A stretch of 64,000 nt of DNA from Hydrolagus colliei (GCA_035084275.1 CM068742.1:96286001-96350000), one strand, 5' to 3'. Positions 50,806 through 63,796 are shown, numbered from the stretch's first letter. Translations and numbers: made by a program. Notes: a model not told the origin generated them from the letters alone.

Positions 50806-53800
50806 GCTTTCCTGTTTAAAATAAAATACAAGACATATATAGGGATTATTGGCATAAAAATCAACAGGTAAACTTTTTTGATTTTCATCGAATAAATACC
50901 AACAGTTCTTTTTTTTCATATTTATAACCATTTTTATATCAAAACAATGTTCACAATTTGAGGTCACAAAACAAATAAATTGACAATTGGTGCAGTCACC
51001 CGGACCTCTTCTGCTGCACAATAGAAATATCTTTCAGTGTCCAGTTGGTAAGCCATTCTCACCACAGGGGTGAATTTTTAAGAGCCAATTCCCTCAGTAC
51101 TCACCTTGACGTTACCAACACTCATTTCTAAGGTTCCAGACTCATTTGAATTCAATTGTTTTCATCAATTCTCAGCCTTCCCACATGGTTAAAAAAAAAT
51201 GGATTTTTTGCACTGAAAATGTATTTGTTTTGCATTAAAATCTGAGTAAATTTATGCACATGCTGGATTTGTAAGATGCTCACAACTGGGTATACCTGAA
51301 ATAGTCATATCAGTTAGTCACACTTCTCCTAACAAAATAAGGCTTGCTTCCCATTTAAATCTACCAAACAGCTTAGCCCTGAAGTGATTGGTTCTAGTAG
51401 CATCAGCCCAAGCCTCAAGCTGCACAAAGAGAACTGGAGTTGCTGACATGTTAATGTGATTCCACAGATGCACAGAGCCCATGGCTATGGTGTTACACAC
51501 TTCCTGACGACCCAGTGACCCATACTCCATGCACAAGTTAAAACTTGAAAAGAGTCTTTACCCAATCGACTTCTACCTCAATATTGTTAACAACAACAGA
51601 ATTATATAGTTAACCTCAATATTGTTAACAACAACAGAATTATATTTATCGAGTGCATTTCAAGTCAGGAGGATGTCCCAAGGCGTTAATGGAGCTGGGT
51701 GTGATTATTAAGCAGCTTCACTCTTGGCATCCTCCACAAATTCTACTACCGTTGTTCAGCATTAAGGGAAGCCTTTTCCTTAAAGTCCAATGATTGGTAT
51801 TTTGTCCTCTGCCATAACATATCAGGATCTAAAATGCAATATTCCTATTAAGTCCAGGTTGGTCCAATTGGCAGCCCGTGGCCACTTCCGACTCAGGGGA
51901 TAATTTGATGTAGCCCATGAACCATTTCCAACTTTATCACCCGGCAGCATTTCTCTTCCTGTCGGCCCCTTCACTGCCTCATATGAGTGTGGAGAGTGAA
52001 GGGAATTAGGGTGGAACAGGAGGTTTGACTGGTACCTCCTGTTTGGCCCCACTTCTCTGTCATTCTCTACGCTGGCTCATGCCTCATACAACCTCATAAC
52101 AGGCAGCGTGGAGGTTGACAGGAAGAGATGCAGCAGGAGTATTTTAAAAAGGTATTGTTGTTTGTTTTGCAATGTTGCTTCTGTGGGCTATAGATGTTTC
52201 TCAATCCCACTTCCGGCCCTCAGCAGCCAAAAGGTTGGACCATCCTGGAATTTAATTAATTGCAACTTGTGGTTTGTGAATATTGGATTGTGAGGTTTGT
52301 GTGTGTTTCTCAAAAAAGCGATATGCACATTCCGAGATGGCAAAATCTGATTTTAAAAAAAGCTAGCTGGCAAAATGGCAAGGATTACTACAATCAGAAA
52401 GGTTGATACTGTCTCACAATTGCACAGTTATTTTTCTTTAAAAAAGCTCACTGTGTGTAGGAAAGTGCTATGTCACAAACACCTCTGTCTTAGCTGGTCA
52501 CCAAATAAAACAGCACTTCCTTCTAGCAATCCCTGAGGCACAGTCTTGAGATTTCAGCAAGCATGTGATACTTCATCAGACAGAGCAAGGGTTTCAGGGG
52601 GTATATTATTATTTACTTGTTAATCAACTTCAGTGAACACACTGCTTGTTTTTCCCTACGCTATGTTTTTACAAAAAATTCCACTGTTGAACCAAATTAT
52701 GTTAATGACTACACTTGCATTCATACAAATATCACCGACAACAACAACAACTTCGATTTATATAGCGCCTCCACGCCGGACGGCATCTCAGAGCGCTTTA
52801 AACAATAAGTGTTTACCTCAACTAGTTGTTCAATAGGCTTTTCTACCTTGCATTGTGTATATGAAATATCAGATAGGTTCGTTGGGAGATTGTACTGTCT
52901 TCTGCGTCTTGCAGACTGGCTGAACAATGGTTACATTCATGAAAACACCAGACAGGTGTGTAGAAGTAACCAATAATAATAGATTACAGCCCTACCGAGA
53001 GCTCGAAAGAGAAATTAGAGAAGTGGCTTAAATCTTCTACAAATCCCAATTGTTACCTTAATCAGATTTAGAAAGAAGAAAAATGTTTACACTTTTACAT
53101 GACCTTATTACCTCAAATTGTAGTGAATGCATTTTGTGGACAAAACAAGGTTGCTGCTATATGCATCAGCAAGATCCGAAAAATAGCCATGAGGTGAATG
53201 ACCAAAATACGGAAGGATTGCTGATCATAAATTCGCTTCACTTAATAAACAGTCATGGGATCTCTATCGTTCACCTGAAGAGCAGCAGATAGGACTGTAA
53301 TGAAAAGTCTTCCGTAAAAAACAGCACCTTTGACAATGCAATGCTTCAATATTACACTGAAACTTCAGCCCAAATAGACTGAATGCACAACTTAGAGATT
53401 GAACTCACAATATTCTGATGCAGAGGCGAGTGTTCTACAAATTGTTCTTTGTAGCAAACAGACCTAGAGTCTACCAACAGTAAATAACAACTCAGCCTGA
53501 CACCACACAGCATCCAAACAGATTGATGGTGCAATACAAAGATTCAAAGACACACCGATTTGAAAATTTAAACTAAAATTAGGCAAAGAAATTATCGTTG
53601 TCATATTTCAATTAGCAGATCTGATACTGTGCTTGAAATAAATGTTGTTTCCTAAATGGATCAAAAAGAGACTAATGCATAAAAATAGGAATTCATCATA
53701 ACAAGTACTCTCAATTTCAGCAAAGTTGGTTTAGACTCTATGACAATGACGTTGATGAATTTAACCAATAACAATCAACCAATATGGACACTAACTTGCA

Positions 53801-56800
53801 TACATTAGATTTTAATAAACACAAGTGGAATGATATGTACTGGGATTGCCAACATCAAAGGTATCACCATCCGCCATTTCAGAGCTTCCCAAGATATTGG
53901 ATCAGTTTTTTGCAGAAGTCGATGGATGAAAATCAAACAGTTACTCTAAAAAATGTCAAAAAGGAAAAACCTGCTTGCAAAGTATGCATCAAAAGCTGTA
54001 ATAAACATTTCCTAATTAAGTGTAATGTGTCCCAGATCAATCTACACATAGATAAAGAACACAGTTGCACATAAATTTATAAGATTATTAAATTCACTAA
54101 GCTCCCATTTTGAATGAATTGAATCAATAACTATTGAAAAATAGGTGATTGGTGCAGCTTTACTGATTCTGACAACACATTCCTTCAACCATTTGTAGCA
54201 CTTTCCAATTGCAAACCTTTCTGAGATACCTTTTGATACTTCAGAAGAGCACCGTAAGGAAGTACAGTACTTACATTTTTATAGCAGGTATATTGCTGAA
54301 ACATCTCAAAGTCTTCCATAACAATTACTGTCGCGTATAGTAACTTTTTTTTAGACAAAATTGGCTCATGAGATCACTTTACCGCTCACTTAATTAACCT
54401 GATCTGGAGATGTTGTATATCTCTGGTGATAGCAAAGCTAACTGCTTAACCTGTTTGACATTATACTCAAACTGTAAGACTGAAAGTCACTTCTTTTGGT
54501 CTCCAGAGTCTCTTCAAGATGGTTTTTGTTGACATATTAATTCCAGGTCAATACATCAAAATAATTTTTACTCAAATTGTTACCTTCCCTCTATCCCATT
54601 TCCATGGATCCTGCACCTGTGACCCCATTGTTCTCCAGAGGAGAATACTTAATAGGTTCAAGAGAGGACAATGCTGATCTATAAATCAACAGCTATTTGA
54701 CATTTATCTGTCAAAAGACAATTACAGAAAAAACGCCTTGCATTTATATAGTGCTTTACACCTAGGATGAATGTCTCCAGGTGATTCACAGGGGCAACAA
54801 GGAGCACCAAGCAGGGAAGAGACAAAGAAGAATTTATGTGTGCTACACATGATCAGAGAGGAGTAAGGCAAAGCGATTTGTGAAGAGTTCCAAACAGTGG
54901 GGCGATAGCGACTGAAGCCTCAGCCACTGAAAGTGGAACAAAGAGTGTGAGGAGTACACAGTGAAATCCAGGCAAGGAAATAAGAGGTGACCTAGCCTCC
55001 CAAAATCTAAGAGTTCCATTGCTGTTAAGTATTCCTACACCATATATAAAAACCTCGGAAAAAACACACTCGGCAGATACAAGGCAAGAATGTGAATGTG
55101 TTGCACCAACTATTTAAAGCTGATTTATTCTGGAAGCTGGAGGAATTGTTGTGCAATTTATTCTAGAAATAAGCTTTGTACAATGGGTCTGTCTCATTTA
55201 CAAAGAATGTCTGCCCAAGAAAACAATGAAAGGATCAATATGCAAGCACATATTTTGGGCAGACATCAATAGACAAACTCAAATGCTGTGATTATGTTCC
55301 TCAGGAATATTGAGACCTGGGGGAAATTATAATAATGATGATATAGTGTGCCAGTGCACTGTCAGCAGTAAAACGGTTCCTGAATACACATCTACCAGAG
55401 TGATTATTGTGTCTGTTTTGTAAACAGGCAGCATCACTGCTACACACTTTAAAATCTATAACAAGTTTACCCCACAATGAAATCTCAAGAATAAATGAGA
55501 CTGTGTAGCACTAAACATCCAAATCTATAAACAATATTCACTACCTTAAGTGGTATGTCTCAATTGTCTCCAGGATTTGTGAACAGGCAAACAAGTCTTA
55601 TTTAATTAACAAAATCTAATCTATTTTGCAGTGGTACATCATTGCATATAGCAAATTAACATGCTTTTTGGAACCAAAATAAATCCAATAGAGAATGAGC
55701 TTACCCTATCGGTATTCATAGACATGATCAATTCAACATCAATCTGTCATGCCAACCTTACAGATACCATCAGGGAGCAGCAAACCAAAGACTCTCTCTC
55801 TCACACACACACAAAACAAAATTACAGTTGTATAGTGCCTTTCACATCGGGATGACATCCGAATGCGCAAGGCACACATCAATCGAAGGCTTTTAAAATG
55901 ATCAGAGATGCAAAGACCAAGAATATGATGTTATGAATTACTGATGGCATTAGAGCAATAACTTATTTTGATAATAGGATTTTTTTTCTCATTTATGCCA
56001 TTTCACTTTGTTGTTATATTGTACTTATTGCTTGAAAGCTGGTAAAACTCCATTGTTTGGATCAATATAAAAGCTTGCTAATTTATGACTCTAAAAGCGC
56101 TCTGAGACGCCGTCCAGCTTGGAGGGCGCTATATGAATCAAAGTTGTTGTTGTTGTAAAAGTAATTATTTGCTGTCCCTGTTACTGGTGTGTAATGTTTA
56201 TTTCCATGTCTCACTTCACTGAATATTCACCCTGCCCAAGTACCTGGCAAACATATATATGTGCTTATACATTATGATGGGCTACAAGAAAGAGAAAAAA
56301 CACTTCTCAGTGACTCAATGGTCAGTCACAAAGATAACAAATAATATTGCTTCATTTCACACAAGATGTGGACTTTTTCAGAAAATGTTAAGATTCTGTT
56401 GTGCTACATTACCACATTAACAACTTGCACCTATACAGGACCTTTCACATATGATAAATTTCTCAATATCATACAGATATGAATGGGAGCACGGAGCCGG
56501 AAAAATCCAGGATATTGGCAAAATGATCAGTAAAAGAGATTTGTTTTTCAATGGGTTTTGAAGGCAGAGTGAGGAAGCAAAGTGGAGAGATCTTGGAAAT
56601 TGGAATGAAAAAATATTTTTTTCGAATAAACTTCTCAAAGAATTTCTGTCAAAAAATCCTTCAGAGATTCAATTAAAATCAGACTGGATTTTTGTTTTCG
56701 ATTATCCTGATGCTAGAAATAGTAATGAAAAAAGCCTCTACCTCACTTTATGTCCAATGTTTAAGCTATGAGGTACACATTGACGTCTGAAGTGTTCAGT

Positions 56801-56982
56801 GTTCTTACCATGTGGTCTCCAGTTCATTGGGTAGCACGCAGCACTTTCACCTAAGGTCAGAAGGTGGTGAGTTGAAGCCCCAACTAAGGTCAAATAGTTC
56901 AGTGTAGTACAATAAGACATTTTAAAAAAAACTGTCCTTTAGTGGATGTTAAAGATCCAATGATATAATTTGGAAAGATAAA

Positions 56983-57302
56983 GGAGTCCTGTAACTCATT
57001 GTTTACAGCACTCGCCTGGCAAGCGAGAGGCCTGGGTTCAATTCCACACGCCTGATAATAATCCTTGAAAAAAAAATTGGTCATTACAATCCATGACTGT
57101 ATGTGGGACAACAGCTGTGAACAATTGGTTGCCACGTCTTGCCCACAAATTCACTTTACAGCATATTCTGTGAAGCGTTTTGAGATGTCCAGAATATAAT
57201 CCTTTGATGCAGCACTTTTCACATATTCTGGACATCTCAAAACACTTCACAGAATATGTGAAAAGTGCTGTATCAAAGGATTATTGTAGTATTATTATTA
57301 TT
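56983..57302 (+). mobile_element. tRNA-SINE with a rearranged (palindromic) tail
   Basis: Head gagtcctgtaactca; see the finding on this tail. Confidence 0.9.
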
Positions 57303-58184
57303 ATTGTTCTCCTCTATGTCCTGGATAAAAATCCTTTCCATTAATGGCTGTATTTGGTCATTCACATGGCAAGAGGATTTGGGCCTCCCGCTGACACAAA
57401 TGCTTGCCATGTTTACCTATAAAAAAATCAAAAACACTTGACGCTGATTACTTGTGAATCTTTGGAACCTTTCTACATAATAGGCTGATTTAAAAATATT
57501 CCCTCTCTCTAGGTACAGACACTTTCTTGATTTGATTTTAAGGCTGACCAGTCTTTTCTGGCACTCAGATCTGCATCAGCATACTTCACCAGTGTTGCTA
57601 ATGCCAGAGAATACAAATAGCAGGTAGAATGCAACAGATCAGGTAACCTCCCCAAACCAACAGCTGTGCAAGAAAGTTGATACCACTGTACTGTAACGCA
57701 GCACCTGTTGTGGGCACGCTATCCACAAGTAGATATGTTTGGTTCCACTCATGCAGATGATCAAAACCGCACCAACTCCACATCAGTGACAATGGTGTAA
57801 GAATGTGTCATAGAAATAGGAGGAAGCCATCTAGTCCATGACGCTGACCCAGCTTCTATGATTTTATTAGATCATTGAGGCTCATAATATTTTTAACCCA
57901 CTTTCCCCTTCTTGTCCGCCTTCTGTCTCATTTAAGGAATGTTGCATTAAATAGAGCAAAAAAATATTATAAAATTGGGAAATAACACTAATTTAATCAA
58001 GAAAAGGGAGGAAATAAAAGTATATTGGGATATCATAAGCTTTGTAACCAAACAAAAGCTACCTACAAGTTATGTGATTCAGTAGCATGCCTATTCTTAC
58101 CTACAATATAATGAAATACAAGGGCATTGCTTATCACAAATTGGCTGGATCATTTACCTACAAAATACAGTCACTGCAGTAAAT

Positions 58185-58479
58185 GATGATCCTTGCATTT
58201 GATAAAATGCTTTTCATGTCTTCTAGACATCTCAAACTGTTTCATAGAATGTACAGTAAAGTAAAAGTATATTTGTGCGTGAAACACGGCAGCCAATTGC
58301 GCACAGCGGGGTCCCTCAAACAGTCGTGGATTGAGCGACCAAATTATTATTGTTTTTATTTTATGTTTATTATTAGGCATGTGGAGGAAGGAAACTTGCC
58401 CAAGGTTTCGCCTTGCTGGGTATTGAAACCAGGTCTCTCGCTTGCGAGTCAAGTGCTCTAACCACTGAGCTACAGGACT
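58185..58479 (-). mobile_element. tRNA-SINE
   Basis: Full-length reverse copy. Confidence 0.92.
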
Positions 58480-58739
58480 CCATGAGTGAAGACTAAATCC
58501 TGTGAAATGCTGTGAGATGTTCTCCCGATGTGAAAGGCGCTCAATCAAAAGTAAGGATTATTGGTAGCAGTATATTTACTGATAGCCTGTAGTGTAGAAG
58601 GTACAATTGGCAATTTATTAACTTGGGAGGCTGTGACCATTGCATCAGGAAACATTTTCAACTTTCAAATACCGAAGACATTTATTTTGATCGAGAAGTA
58701 CTGTACCGAGTATAGTTGAACTAGCTGAGTGAAATTACC

Positions 58740-58956
58740 TTACTCTGGAATTCCATCCCAGAATGCTTACGCCTTGCCCCTTCCCTAGCCTCCTTTACAT
58801 CCCGTCTCTAGTCCCTCATCTTCAACCATGCCATTGGTCACCACCCTTTCCACCCCCCACCCCCAACCTGACCCCAGCTTGAGTCCGAAACACTGACTGT
58901 CCAGCGCCTTGAGACGTCCTCCCAACGTGAAAGGTGCTATACAAATGTAATTTGGT
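58740..58956 (+). mobile_element. L2 3' end (similar short 3' ends at about 47770-48000 + and 54730-54980 -)
   Basis: ctctggaattccatccc...gcgccttgagacgtcctcccaacgtgaaagg...(TTG)n. Confidence 0.85.
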
Positions 58957-59127
58957 TCTTGTTGTTGTTGTTGTTGAATGGAGATTTTATACAGACATAG
59001 ACTTTAAGGGCTGGTCATCACAATAGTAACTGCCACTGAATGCCTTGGATGTGTGTGCTGCTATTTTATAATAGTTTCAGCACCTTGAGAAATTATCCGC
59101 AAGTGAAAGAAGCTACATATAGGCATG

Positions 59128-59805
59128 GTCCTGTAGCTTAGTGGTTAGAGCACTAGCCTTGCAAGCAAGAGACCTGGGTTTGATTCCCAGCAGTGCAAAA
59201 CGTTGGGAAAGTTTCCGTATTCCACAAGCCTTGTTTATCCAGCAGTAAGTAGGAACCCAATTGTTAGTCGATTGATGGATCGCTTTTCCAGACGTAATAA
59301 TAATTCCTTAAAAAAAATATAACTTGGGTCACTCAATCCATGACTGTTTGTGGGACACTGCTGTGTACAATTGGCTGTCGTGTTTGCCCACAAAATACAG
59401 TCAATTCACTCTCCTGTGGCTCAGTGGTTAGAGAACTTGTCTTGCAAGCTAGGGAGACCAAGCTGGGGAGACCTGTGTTCAAATCCAGGCAGATTAGGTC
59501 GAAACCTTGGGCAAGTTTCCTTACTCCACACACCCAATAATAATCCTTCCAAAAAACCACAATAATAAAATTGGTCATTTCAATCCACGACTGTTTGTGG
59601 GAAACTGCTGTGCGCAATTGGCTGCCGCAATTCACCCACAAATATACAGTCACTTCACTTTACAGTATATTCTGTGAAGCGCTTTGGGACGTCGATAAGA
59701 TGTGAAAAGCGCTATATCAAATGCAAGGATTATTATTATTATTGTATATTGTGTGCAATACTTGAAGATATGATAAGGTGCTATATCAAATGCAAGGATT
59801 ATTAT
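59128..59805 (+). mobile_element. Nested SINEs: a young short copy (59411-59742) inside a long-subfamily copy
   Basis: The host body stops at cagtcaattcact and its tail resumes after 59742. Confidence 0.9.
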
Positions 59806-60039
59806 AAATGTTAATTTGTATTGTATTGCATGGTCTAAATACAGCTACTACTTGGTCCCTAAATACGAGAGATGGTGATAAAATGGAATGAAAGCTGAGT
59901 GGCCATGTTAACTGGGCTACAACTCCATTAGAGGTCTTTTGATGATCCGTAAAGTGCAGACACAAAGCTTGTGCAGCATCTGTGAGATAATAGATGAGTG
60001 AACTGCATCCCTGACACACTCCTACCAGCCTTTTATATT

Positions 60040-60357
60040 ATAGTAATCCTTGCATTTAATATAGCGCTTTTCACATTTTATCAACGATCCCAAAGCGCTT
60101 CACAGAATATACTGTAAAGTGAATTGACTGTATATATTTGTGGGCGAATCGCGGCAGCCAATTGCGCACAGCTGTGTCCCACACACAGTCGTGGATTGAA
60201 ATGACCAATTTTATTATTGTGGTTTTTTTGGAGGGATTATTATTAGGCGTGTGGAGTAAGGAAACTCGCCCAAGGTTTCGCCCTGACCTGCCTGGATTTG
60301 AACACAGGTCTCCCCAGCTTGCAAGACAAGTGCTCTAACCACTGAGCCACAGGAGCT
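60040..60357 (-). mobile_element. Young tRNA-SINE, nearly identical to 28782-29092
   Basis: Shares the diagnostic ctggggagacctgtgttc head and gtatatatttgtgggcgaatcgcgg. Confidence 0.93.
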
Positions 60358-60679
60358 CCATATGAGATGTTACACAGAGATCCATTTTTCTTTCACTCGT
60401 GATCCTGAGAATCCACATTTGCCCGGAGTTTGAATAAAAATTTTCATCAGAGCTGATAATTTGGTTGTTTTAGTTTGTACCTCATGTCAATATTTCAGCT
60501 CAACAGTTTAGTGCAATCAGAAGGTTCCAGAATATTCTTTCCACTATTCTGCCTTATGCATTATGGTTTAACGTACTCCAGGTTCATATACCAATTGCAA
60601 GTGCTGTCTTTTGAATTAGTCATTAAACTGGGGCCATTTTTGAGTCATTAAACTGACTGTTCAGGTGGATATTAGATAA

Positions 60680-60982
60680 TAATACTAATCCTTGCATTTG
60701 ATATAGCATTTTTAACGTCTTCTAGATGTTTCAAAGTGCTTCATGGAATATACTGTAAAGTGAATTGAATGTATATTTGTGGGTGAAACCCGGCAGCCAA
60801 TTGTTCACAGCAGTGTCCCACAAACAGACGTCAATTGAAATGACTGATTTATTATTGCGTTTTTTTTTAAGGGATTATTATTAGAGGTGTGGAGTAAGAA
60901 AACTTGCCCATGGTTTCACCCTGCCTGGAATTGAACCCAGATCTCTCACTTATAAAGCAAGTGCTCTAATTACTGAGCTACA
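60680..60982 (-). mobile_element. tRNA-SINE abutting a truncated hAT MITE
   Basis: The head lacks its first ~6 nt at the junction. Confidence 0.9.
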
Positions 60983-61613
60983 TTCGGAGTGCGCGTGCGT
61001 TCTGGGTGCGCGTGCATTCGGGGTGCGCGCGCATTTGGGGCCTATCTCCTCAGGAGGTAAATATATTTCTCTCTCTGTGTCTCTCACTCTCTCCATCTCA
61101 GTGTTTTTCTGTCTGTGTCTCTGTGTCTCTCTCCTCTCTCACATCCCCCCCCCCCCCCATCTATCTGTATATTATCACATCCACCCCGTCTCATCACCCC
61201 CCCGTCCCTCTCTCCTCCCCCGCCGCCGACCCTCTCTCCCACCCCATCCCTGTCGTCTCTCTCCCACCCAACCCCCCCCAGCCGTCTTTTTCCCCCTCCC
61301 CCCCGCCGTCTCTCTCTCTCTCTCCCCCTCCCCAGCCGTCTCTCTCCCTCCCTCCCCCCCAGCCGTCTCTCTCCCCCTCCTCAGCCGTCTTCGAGGACTA
61401 TGAGTACAATATGGCGGCTTTGCACCTCAGTCTGTGCATTGTGTATAGAGGTGAGCATTCTGGGTCTTGTAGCTCAGTGTGCGCGCATTCCGATTTTTTC
61501 CCTCGATATATCGATTTTTTGATATATCGATATTTTTGAAATGCCTATATCGGCGTATCGATATGGAAATTATATTGGGTTTTAGCGATATATCGATATA
61601 TCGCCGGACCCTA
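60983..61613. mobile_element. Second hAT MITE copy, opposite orientation, one end missing
   Basis: Ends in ATATCGCCGGACCCTA at 61613; interior is collinear with the reverse complement of 36884-37560. Confidence 0.92.
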
Positions 61614-62393
61614 CTGTGAAGTGCCTCGAGACATTTCAACATGAAAGTGAGCTATAAAAGTGCAAGTTCTTTCTTTCTATTACATGTTACCTTACATGTT
61701 CTTTGAGTTGTGGCGCAAGGACATGTGAATTCATCATGTGGTACAAAGGGGTGGGTGCAACTGAAAAATAATACTGTATACAAAGCATAACATTCCTCAT
61801 AGATACACTACCGTACAAACAATAATGGAAGATTTTCTTTCACAGCATTTTATCAATATCTGCATTCTCCATTCAATGCACATTATTGTACTTCCCCTTC
61901 AAGTGCTTGTTTTGGTAATTGTTCCACTTCAACCGAATAAACATCCCATTCATTCAGATCAACAGTGAAATACACTTAGAGTGTCCAACAAACCACACAT
62001 TTTCTCTGCAATTAAATCGAGCTGTGGCATTTGCCACAGCTACTAAATCCAATCCAAACAAGTTTTATTTAAAAATCAGTAATCTTCTTTGAACAGATAA
62101 GGTTAGGTCATTTTCCACTTATGTTTCACCCCCAAAATATACAGTCAATTCACTTTACAGTATATTCTGTGACGTGTTTTGGGATGTTTCTAAGACGTGT
62201 TAAGGCTCGATATCAAATGCAAGGATTATTATTATTACTTAATTCAGCAACAAACAACAACAACAAAATTACATTTATAGAGCGCCTTTCACATCGGGAA
62301 GACGTCCCGGATTCTGATCAGATTCAATCCAGATTCAATTCAGATCCTATGAATAAAGTTCACACCAAACAACAAGAAATTGCGTTTCACTGC

Positions 62394-62421
62394 GTGTGTG
62401 TATATATATATATATATATAT
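62394..62421. repeat. (GT)n(AT)n microsatellite
   Basis: Read directly. Confidence 0.9.
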
Positions 62422-62865
62422 GTAGCACTTTTCAAATCGAGAGGCTCCAAACATTCACCCTGAAAGTGCTGAAACTTTGGTCTAAAAAAAAAGCACCATT
62501 TCACTCAGACAGACGAGGAAAATAGAGAATGTGTAACTGCATCTCTTTAGCCTCTGTATAAACATCTACCACTGTTACTGGAGAAGGCGTTGGATCAGAC
62601 GTTACACAATCATAATGCTGGTCTCATCATAACTACATTGATCAGGAAGCCAAGCTGAGCTGCTGGTCAGTCTCTCACACACACAAACACACACACCTCA
62701 GCTGGTTACTCTTGCTGGTCACTCAAACCTCATTAAAATGGGGCTGTGAATGAATCACAAGCCGCTTTGCCCTCCTCTCCAGCCTCTCTGACTTTCTTTA
62801 ACACACAAACCTGCAGATGGGTAATCTGGAAAGATACTGCAAACAGTAGGCTAAGGCTGCACCTC

Positions 62866-62905
62866 ACACACACACACACACACCAGAGAGAGAGAGAGAG
62901 AGAGA
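62866..62905. repeat. (CA)n(GA)n compound microsatellite next to the putative exon 1 donor
   Basis: Read directly. Confidence 0.95.
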
Positions 62906-62955
62906 AACAAGAGAGAGGAAAAGGGGAGCGAGCAGGCATTACACACGAACATTAC

Positions 62956-63430
62956 CTTGGTGCAAATGTACAGCTGTGGATGCCCCCGCCCCAGAGCCAC
63001 AGTTGCCAGTTACACACCAGACTGAGCGGATTCCAATGCTGTAAGTGAAGGCAGCTTCAGACTGTGCCTCACAGTCCCCCCAAGTCACCGCCTCCCAGTC
63101 AATCTTGAGCAGCAGCCCACACAGCGCAGCTTTCTTCTCTATTCAGGTCCACGGAAACAAGCCGTCCATCCACCGAGCACAGCAGACTGCGGCTCCTGTT
63201 GTGTGTGTGTGTGCGTTTCTCTCTATTTTGCTCAGAGCACATGTGCTTGCTCTCGGTTTCCACCCACTTCAGTAGAACACAAGCATTCCAGTCAGTCAGT
63301 GACCCTGGAGGATGCCGAGACCAGCCTCCAAAGTGTTTATGCAAAGAAAGAAGGAGCACAAGGAAGGAGCTCTGTAGCTGCTGGTGATAGACCTCCAAAA
63401 ACCCCCTCCCACACACACTCTTTCACACAC
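62956..63430 (-). other. RASGEF1B: Probable non-coding first exon (5' UTR) of RASGEF1B
   Basis: Donor CCAAG|gtaatg at 62956; GC-richer, transposon-free block. The ATG exon has its own splice acceptor, so an upstream exon is required. The 5' limit is a guess. Confidence 0.6.
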
Positions 63431-63670
63431 ATACAGACACACACAGACAAAGCAATTATATTTTATGCAGCTGTTATCCTTTCAGGTCCTCAGTGGCCAA
63501 TCACTCACCCAAATAACAAACTTCTTGAACTTAAAGGAAAGGAATACCCAGAACTGGATATACAGTCCTGTGTGTGCATTCCTCTTGGGTTTCGTTCAAA
63601 GTGAATTTAAGCGGGTAAAATATCTTCACGGACACCGCGAGTCGCTTTGATCATGTGTCGCAATTTGTAG
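63400..63670 (-). promoter_or_regulatory. Candidate RASGEF1B promoter
   Basis: GGCCAATCA (CCAAT box) at about 63495-63503 and a few CpGs at 63610-63660, directly upstream of the putative exon 1. Confidence 0.4.
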
Positions 63671-63796
63671 GTTTCACTACTTTTTTTTCACCACAGATAC
63701 AACAACAACTTGCATTCATATTGTGCACTGCACAGGGCTATAGTCTCGGGGCGCTTGAAACTATCTTTCAACTATCAACTATCTTGAAACTATCAG

